NCBI GenBank assembly: GCA_963716145.1
Contig: OY970292.1
Coordinates: 661,171 to 725,170, forward strand
DNA length: 64,000 bases
Source of the DNA: Candidatus Levyibacteriota bacterium
Lineage (GTDB): Bacteria; Patescibacteriota; Microgenomatia; Levybacterales; UBA12049
Direction: 5' to 3'
This document shows, piece after piece, positions 54,647-64,000 of the stretch (its first letter is position 1; each line of letters begins with the position of its first letter). The notes below the pieces were generated by a model. It saw nothing but the letters and a program-made list of their open reading frames with translations. It did no database searches and was not told the DNA's origin. Made by a program: the position numbers and the translations under genes.

Positions 54647-55144
54647 TTATGCTGCAAGATAATGCTCAAGTGATTTTAATCTAATTTCGACAGCTTTTCT
54701 ACTAACTAGAAATTTCTCCGACATCTTTTCTATATCATGATATTTCTCCCAATATTTTCTAAACCATCTCGCCGGCATAAGAAGACATGCAGCAAAATAT
54801 TCTGCTTTGCGCTCCTCAACCATACCTTCTTCAGTTTCCTTATTATAGCCAGGATTATTCTGAAGCATATGATAAAACTCGTGGAAAAGAGTAAATCTTT
54901 TTGCACCAACCGATAATCCTTGGTTTAAAAGTACATACCATTTTCCGTTTTTTGGAAAGGAGAATCCGAATGCGTCCGGATGGAAAGGTGTAACTTGTAT
55001 TTCAGAATCTGGAAATAATTTCTTAACAAGACTAGATGGTACTGGAGGCTCTTTGATATCAAACAACGCAAGAATATCTTCCGCATCATCTTCGGTCTTT
55101 ATATATTCAGCCGTTAAACTGTTTTTATAGCCTAAAGAACTCAT
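54647..55144 (-). CDS. ImmA/IrrE-family metallopeptidase
   Basis: RFTLFHEFYH, E.KAEYFAACLLMP, FLVSRKAVEIRL. Confidence 0.9.
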   Translation of the reverse strand: MSSLGYKNSLTAEYIKTEDDAEDILALFDIKEPPVPSSLVKKLFPDSEIQVTPFHPDAFGFSFPKNGKWYVLLNQGLSVGAKRFTLFHEFYHMLQNNPGYNKETEEGMVEERKAEYFAACLLMPARWFRKYWEKYHDIEKMSEKFLVSRKAVEIRLKSLEHYLAA

Positions 55145-55491
55145 TTACGATTTTTATATTTTTTAATAATTAAATTTTTTATTATATCTATTTCTTTAAT
55201 TGCCTCTTCATTCAAATTTGGATGCTTTGTTCTTAAATATACATCGAAGGAAGGTAGATCTGTTTTATTTATCTCAGGCATATAACCAGCCACCTGAAAT
55301 ATGGCCTCATGAGAAACACCCAAGCCATTAGCCAACTTAATAAGAACCATTGCTGATGGTGATTTATAATCGTTATCTTCCAATCGGGAAATATAACTCC
55401 TGGCTAAATTACTTATGTCAGCTACTTGCTCTTGAGTCATTCTTTTTTCTACTCTAACTTTTTTTATAAATTCACCTAGGGTTAACATCAT
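55141..55491 (-). CDS. XRE-family HTH repressor
   Basis: MTQEQVAD..ARSYISRLE..PS..LIKLANGL. Confidence 0.92.
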   Translation of the reverse strand: MMLTLGEFIKKVRVEKRMTQEQVADISNLARSYISRLEDNDYKSPSAMVLIKLANGLGVSHEAIFQVAGYMPEINKTDLPSFDVYLRTKHPNLNEEAIKEIDIIKNLIIKKYKNRK

Positions 55492-55623
55492 ATATATGTT
55501 ACCATAATGACAAAAATTGTCAATATTAGCAATCTGGTACTTGACAAAGCTTAAGAACTAATATATTATTGTTACTATTGTGACAATATATGTCTCAATA
55601 ATCTACAAGAAGGGAGGTGAAAA

Positions 55624-55881
55624 ATGAATACATATCTTATAACATACGACTTAAATAAGCCAGGCCAGGTTTACCAACAACTATATCAGGAAATAAAATC
55701 CCTTGGCGTAACAATTCACGGTATGCAAAATGTTTGGTTTTTGGAGTCTAACTATTCGGCCAAACAAATACGTGACTCTTTAAAACAGGTTGTTGATTCC
55801 AACGATAAAATTTTTGTCTGCGCTGTGGTTACTTGGGCAACATCTAACTTGCCCACTGTCGCTTCATGGCTGAACAGTTAA
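55624..55881 (+). CDS. Small Cas2/VapD-like ferredoxin-fold protein
   Basis: YLITYDLNKPGQ.Y..LY..IK.LG...D.NDKIFV; strong SD GGAGGTGA. Confidence 0.65.
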   Translation: MNTYLITYDLNKPGQVYQQLYQEIKSLGVTIHGMQNVWFLESNYSAKQIRDSLKQVVDSNDKIFVCAVVTWATSNLPTVASWLNS

Positions 55882-55904
55882 CTAAACTGAACTTATCTGC
55901 CCGC

Positions 55905-55978
55905 AAAGAAACCTTCTTAAAGGAGGTTTTTTTGTAGCGTATTTTTCCACCAAAAAACCGCCCTTGCTGGCGGTTTTA
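55905..55978. terminator. Two intrinsic terminator hairpins between convergent units
   Basis: AAACCTTC/GGAGGTTT followed by a T-run; A-run followed by AAAACCGCC/GGCGGTTTT. Confidence 0.7.
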
Positions 55979-56056
55979 TTGGATTCTTTTTTTGCCCAAA
56001 AGCTTTCACGAAGGACATGTCCTGTACAAAAAGCTGAAGATTTGAAAAAAGAAAAT

Positions 56057-56170
<114 letters not shown>

Positions 56171-56231
56171 AATTTCTTTTTTCAAAGTGCTAACTTAGCT
56201 TCTTAACAAGTGAAGAGAAACGTCTTAAAAA

Positions 56232-59505
<3,274 letters not shown>

Positions 59506-59786
59506 TTTTACCCCGTTAGATAATTTTCATATCTAATGGGGTGTTTAAGACGTTTTTAAATCCCGTACAGTCCGCCGGTTTGACGGAACATACAGGATCT
59601 TCTCTTCACTTGTAAAAGAGCCAAATCATCCATTCATAACTCTCGTATAACCCTCTCTTACTAGAGGGTTGTACCAAAGTACGAATCGCGCTTCGCGCTC
59701 AACTTAGAACTGAGAACTTAAAACTTAGAATTTTTCCTTTTTGTTCCTAGTTCTTTGTTCAAAGTTGTTCGCCCGCTGGCGAACAG

Positions 59787-59860
59787 TGGACCTGAGGAGA
59801 TTCGAACTCCTGACCTCCTCATTGCAAATGAGGCGCAATAACCAGCTATGCTACAGGCCC
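59787..59860 (-). tRNA. tRNA-Ala(TGC)
   Basis: GGGCCTG/CAGGTCC with G3-U70, anticodon arm CCTCA-TTTGCAA-TGAGG. Confidence 0.95.
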
Positions 59861-60023
59861 ATTAAGGAATTCCTGCGCCAAGCAGGCTAGAATCCAGAAA
59901 ATTGTTAAACGAAACGAGGGAAAAGCGTGATTATGAAGAACAGACTACGAGCCCAGAATGGGTTTTAAAGAAATATGTTCAAAAGTTATCATAAACAAAC
60001 GCTTTCGCAAGTTCGTAAAAGCA

Positions 60024-60052
60024 ATGATAACACAGGCTGGAAATAGTGTCAA
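60024..60052 (-). promoter_or_regulatory. Promoter of the tRNA-Ala-23S-5S unit
   Basis: TTGACA-17 nt-TATCAT on the minus strand. Confidence 0.7.
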
Positions 60053-60126
60053 GGGTTATTATAAATAACAAACTATAACAGTAAGTATTGCCTACCAAAT
60101 GCTGTTTACATATAATGGTACTGATT

Positions 60127-60690
60127 ATGATCCAGAATCTTGAGACCGCTACTCTTGCCAATGGGTGCTTCTGGTGCACAGAGGCGATATTTAAAAGACT
60201 AAAAGGTGTTGAATCTGTCAAATCAGGCTACGCAAATAGTAACGTCCCCAACCCGACTTATAAGCAGGTTTGTTCAAAGACTACTGGTGCGGCTGAAGCT
60301 CTGCAAATTAAATACGATCCCAAAATCGTTTCTTTTGAGACTCTCCTTGATGTCTTTTTTGCAACTCACGATCCGACAACTCTCAACCGTGATGGAATCA
60401 ATATAGGCACAGATTACCGCTCTGCAATCTTTTATCAAAATGACGACGAGAAGAAAATAGCAGAAGATAAAAAGAAAGAACTTGATAAATCGGGAAAATA
60501 TACAGATAAAATCGTGACTCACATTACTCCATTTGAAAATTTTTATGATGCCGAAGATTATCATCAGGATTTTTATGAGTCCGGCCAGCGGCCTGATTAT
60601 TGTATGTTCATAATCGATCCAAAAATAAGAAAACTTCTGACGCATTTTAATGATAAAGTAAAAGAGGAATATAAGGTAAAAGACTTATGA
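60127..60690 (+). CDS. msrA: Peptide methionine sulfoxide reductase A
   Basis: GCFWC, HDPTTLNR, YRSAIF, AEDYHQ. Confidence 0.96.
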   Translation: MIQNLETATLANGCFWCTEAIFKRLKGVESVKSGYANSNVPNPTYKQVCSKTTGAAEALQIKYDPKIVSFETLLDVFFATHDPTTLNRDGINIGTDYRSAIFYQNDDEKKIAEDKKKELDKSGKYTDKIVTHITPFENFYDAEDYHQDFYESGQRPDYCMFIIDPKIRKLLTHFNDKVKEEYKVKDL

Positions 60691-60724
60691 TTTCATTGAG
60701 GCCCAAAAATATCGCCCCGGACTT

Positions 60725-61336
60725 ATGACGGGGCGGATCGAGTCCTTAAGCGACGGCGTTTTTGCTTTTGCTCTGACACTTCTGGTTCTGGCACTTGCAG
60801 TTCCCCAACTTACTCCAGTTGAATTACAACACGGAGGACTTACTACCAAACTTTTTGAACTCTGGCCCAAATTCCTGACATATATAATCTCAGCCTTAGT
60901 CATCATAATTTTCTGGATCGGACATGTGATGCTTTTCCATTTTGTGAACCGTTCAAATAGAACATTTATGTGGCTCAACAGCCTTTTTCTGATTATGATT
61001 GCCTTTTTCCCATTCCCAGTTGAGCTTTTGGGACAGTATCCGAGAGAAGTTGCGTCTCTTGCCTTATACGGACTAACTCTTAGTGTGACAGGAATTTTTT
61101 ATGCGGCAATGTGGTTTTACGCAACGACAGATAGGCATCTTATCAATAATAAATTGACAGACGCGCTAATTAAGAAGGGCAAATTGCTTGTGACAGTTGC
61201 GCCAATTGCCTATCTGGTCAGCATTGTTTTCGCGTTTATAAATATTAATATCACTCTTCTTTTATACATTTTTATCCCTCTAGCTTATACACTCCCCAGC
61301 CCGGTTGATGAATTTGTTGATGCTGCAATTGACTAA
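60725..61336 (+). CDS. TMEM175-family K+ channel
   Basis: RIESLSDGVFAFALTLLVL, FW.GH, FFPFP. Confidence 0.9.
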   Translation: MTGRIESLSDGVFAFALTLLVLALAVPQLTPVELQHGGLTTKLFELWPKFLTYIISALVIIIFWIGHVMLFHFVNRSNRTFMWLNSLFLIMIAFFPFPVELLGQYPREVASLALYGLTLSVTGIFYAAMWFYATTDRHLINNKLTDALIKKGKLLVTVAPIAYLVSIVFAFININITLLLYIFIPLAYTLPSPVDEFVDAAID

Positions 61337-61339
61337 ATT

Positions 61340-61879
61340 ATGAAATACGTAGCTTTTTTACGGGGAATAAATGTCGGAGGGAATAAAAAAGTCAGCATGT
61401 CTGACTTGAAAAATATTTTTGAATCACTGGGATTTCAAAATGTCTCAACTTACATCAACAGCGGGAATGTGATTTTTGAAGCTGAGGCGACAACGGATAA
61501 AGTTTCAAAACAGATCAAAACAACTCTAGAGAAAAACTTTGAACCCGCACTCGGACCAATCAAAGTTCTGGTAGTTAGTCATACTCAGCTCAAAACCATT
61601 GCAAGAAAAGCACCCAAAGGTTTCGGGCAAGAACCCGCCAAATACTACTCTGACGTTATCTTTTTAATAGATGTTACTGCTGATGAAGCCTTTGGGACTT
61701 TCGAACCACATCCGGAAGTAGATGCTGTCTGGAAAGGACCGGGAGTTGTCTATTTCCGAAGGCTTAGTGCGGAGCGGACCCGCAGCCGCATGTCCAAAAT
61801 TGTTGGAAAACCTATTTATAAAAACATGACCATACGCAGCTGGAATACTACCACCAAACTTTTATCGTTGATGAACTAA
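61340..61879 (+). CDS. DUF1697 protein
   Basis: YVAFLRGINVGG, TYINSGNVIF, TIRSWNT. Confidence 0.9.
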   Translation: MKYVAFLRGINVGGNKKVSMSDLKNIFESLGFQNVSTYINSGNVIFEAEATTDKVSKQIKTTLEKNFEPALGPIKVLVVSHTQLKTIARKAPKGFGQEPAKYYSDVIFLIDVTADEAFGTFEPHPEVDAVWKGPGVVYFRRLSAERTRSRMSKIVGKPIYKNMTIRSWNTTTKLLSLMN

Positions 61880-62016
61880 AAAGTAATTAAAGATTTTTCA
61901 ACAACTCTTTCCAGTAACTCCCCATATATCGGAACTGAAAATTATCTGGTTTGTATAGGTAATATCTCCCTATAGTTGCTTTGATTTGCTAAATAAACCC
62001 TGCTATAATCCTCTCT

Positions 62017-62736
62017 ATGTCAGCTGACACTATTGAACTACTGGTGCCTCCAACAGGGCATCCAACATGGGAAGAAATACTTGAAAGAGGATACATTGTA
62101 TCTGGAGCACCACGAACCGTTGAAGAAATTCAAAATCCTGATGAATTTGCAGCCATACAAGAATTAGGAGCAGGACTTAGGCTAGAGGGACATATCGATC
62201 TTAGGTCACCCCACGATAGCATACGATCAGGTTCAGCAAGGCTTGCTCCACCTCTTGTTCCAATCCTTGAAACAATCGCAAACGATGCATTAAAAATAAA
62301 TCCTAGTCTGATAGATGGATCACCTATGAATAACTCTTGGCAATTTCGAGTCCAAGTATCAGCAGAAGAACCTTCCGTACATATGGATTCTGTGCTTTTA
62401 AAATTAGGAAAAGAACCAAAAAGATTTGCGGAAAGACCAGAAGGCGCACTAACTTATACTGTTGGTACATCTGGAAGTCTTTTTTATCCTAAACGCTATG
62501 ACTTTCCTCCACTTTCAGGATTGCTAGTAGGACATTCTAGAGACGACTCTTTAAATCAAATAAATGCCTTAATTCGACAAATGGCGCAAAATGTAGAACC
62601 TCAACAAGCCAAACCTTTCATGATAGTTCAATTTAATGGAATAACGCAACATAGCGCTGATTTTAGGCCTAAACCTAAACCCGGAAGCCCTCCTCCTGGA
62701 AAACGCAGAGTACTCGTTGCTTCATTTGGTTATTGA
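62017..62736 (+). CDS. Hypothetical protein, possible 2OG-Fe(II) oxygenase fold
   Basis: HxD (VHMD), distal H (TQHS) and C-terminal RR. Confidence 0.5.
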   Translation: MSADTIELLVPPTGHPTWEEILERGYIVSGAPRTVEEIQNPDEFAAIQELGAGLRLEGHIDLRSPHDSIRSGSARLAPPLVPILETIANDALKINPSLIDGSPMNNSWQFRVQVSAEEPSVHMDSVLLKLGKEPKRFAERPEGALTYTVGTSGSLFYPKRYDFPPLSGLLVGHSRDDSLNQINALIRQMAQNVEPQQAKPFMIVQFNGITQHSADFRPKPKPGSPPPGKRRVLVASFGY

Positions 62737-62785
62737 TGAAGTGGAATACATTTCCATAACATTTAAGAAGCAGTAAGGCCTATGC

Positions 62786-63361
62786 TTAAAGTTTTCTCAA
62801 CAACTCTTTCCAATATTTTCTCCACGATTCTACAGCTTTTTTATCTTTCAGCTTATCAAGAGTTATTGATAGACTCGATTGGTTATCTCCTTTTGGACCG
62901 ATGTTTGCATATACTCTACTTCCATTTGCCAGATCCACTTTCCAATAACGCCATTCTTTTGTAATTGATGTTCTGAAATCCCCTTTTATTTTTACCTTGT
63001 TAAACTCTTTTTTATTTTTCACTAAATTTTCCCAAGTCTTAAATGCCTCATCTGGAGTACCGTCCAAACTTTTACCGATTGAAACCTCATAGTTCCCAGT
63101 TGTTTTTTGTCCCCAGACGCGGCGTCCTATCTTCTCTTCATAGCCGACAACTAGGCTTTGCGCCCACCAGCCTTCGTTAAAACTTCGGCCGGCAGGCCAG
63201 CCGGATTTAATTAAACCTTTATCCATAATCCAGAGAACAATATCTTTGTGAGGCATTTTTGAAGCTTTTATGCTAGCTAGTATTTTAAACCACTCCTCCC
63301 AGTTCTTCCCCGTCGCCTTCTTCACCGCTTCATCCGATTTCCCTGCAAATTTATCTGCCAT
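62786..63361 (-). CDS. DUF4287-like hypothetical protein
   Basis: AVKKATGKNWEEWF..H....WWAQSLVVGYE. Confidence 0.65.
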   Translation of the reverse strand: MADKFAGKSDEAVKKATGKNWEEWFKILASIKASKMPHKDIVLWIMDKGLIKSGWPAGRSFNEGWWAQSLVVGYEEKIGRRVWGQKTTGNYEVSIGKSLDGTPDEAFKTWENLVKNKKEFNKVKIKGDFRTSITKEWRYWKVDLANGSRVYANIGPKGDNQSSLSITLDKLKDKKAVESWRKYWKELLRKL

Positions 63362-63379
63362 ATTTAGAAGAAAACTAAT

Positions 63380-64000
63380 CTACAACAATCCCATTTTTTC
63401 TTTCACTTCTTTGATTGTTTGCTGCGCCCTAACTCGGCATTTTTCTGTATGTTCTTCAATAATCTCATCAACGATTTTTGGATTTTCTTCAAACTCTTTT
63501 CTCTTTTCCTGAAGAGGTTTCAGTTCTTTATAAATTGCACTCGCAAGAACCTCTTTCATATCACTATAGCGGATTTTTTTGTCCTGATAGTCCTGAACAA
63601 AATTACTGAACACTTCTTCAGATTCAAACAGTCTTAGCAAGTCAAAAAGATTGGCAACTCCACCCTCTCTTGGTAATTCTCCACCCTGCGTACCGCTGTC
63701 TGTTGGGGCTTTTGCGATGTGCGCTTTTATGTCCTCTAGGCTATCATTTAGGGTGATAAAACTCCCCTCAATTGACTTACTCATCTTGCCAATTCCTGTC
63801 AAAGACGGCACGTACTGACCGGGTGTCGCAAATCTTTTTGGCTCAGGAAAAGTAACTTGTCCTGAGCCCGCCGAAGGAAACATGCTGTTAAACTTCCTAG
63901 CAATTTCCCTAGTTACTTCAATATGCGGTTCCTGATCTATCCCAACCGGGACGAGTTCTGCTTTATACAATAAAATATCTGCCGCCATTTCAATCGGATA
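63380..64000 (-). CDS. trpS: Tryptophan--tRNA ligase (5' part outside the window)
   Basis: MAADILLY, VPVGIDQEPHIE, KMSKS. Confidence 0.96.
   Translation of the reverse strand, partial: YPIEMAADILLYKAELVPVGIDQEPHIEVTREIARKFNSMFPSAGSGQVTFPEPKRFATPGQYVPSLTGIGKMSKSIEGSFITLNDSLEDIKAHIAKAPTDSGTQGGELPREGGVANLFDLLRLFESEEVFSNFVQDYQDKKIRYSDMKEVLASAIYKELKPLQEKRKEFEENPKIVDEIIEEHTEKCRVRAQQTIKEVKEKMGLL

Overview
Chromosomal segment of an AT-rich bacterium, inferred to be Patescibacteria/CPR (Microgenomates-like) from its giant GNVGIGTT-repeat proteins, CPR-type pilin, unlinked intron-containing 23S operon and heptamer-repeat hairpins. Housekeeping content: rho, radA, S1 protein, msrA, trpS, two tRNA-Ala genes, 23S rRNA (group I intron at L2500) and 5S rRNA. 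Accessory content: three giant fibre-like proteins, a WxL/DUF916-like locus, glycosyltransferases, toxin-antitoxin pairs and an XRE/ImmA/Cas2-like module. The best candidate for an undescribed system is 38885-41616. It has a native sigma70 promoter, an rRNA-type boxA and a leader that base-pairs in four nested helices with a trailer about 2.5 kb away. These enclose a basic micro-ORF and two GC-rich, SD-led envelope-protein genes, each followed by a conserved covarying hairpin. A complete type III hammerhead ribozyme is predicted to cut just 3' of the closing stem. Also notable: divergent membrane proteins fusing transposase-type HTH or integrase-type DNA-binding domains to extracellular domains, and DNA-level conservation of the GNVGIG junctions. 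Several split genes probably reflect sequencing indels. All family calls come from reading motifs by eye; no database search or folding program was run.
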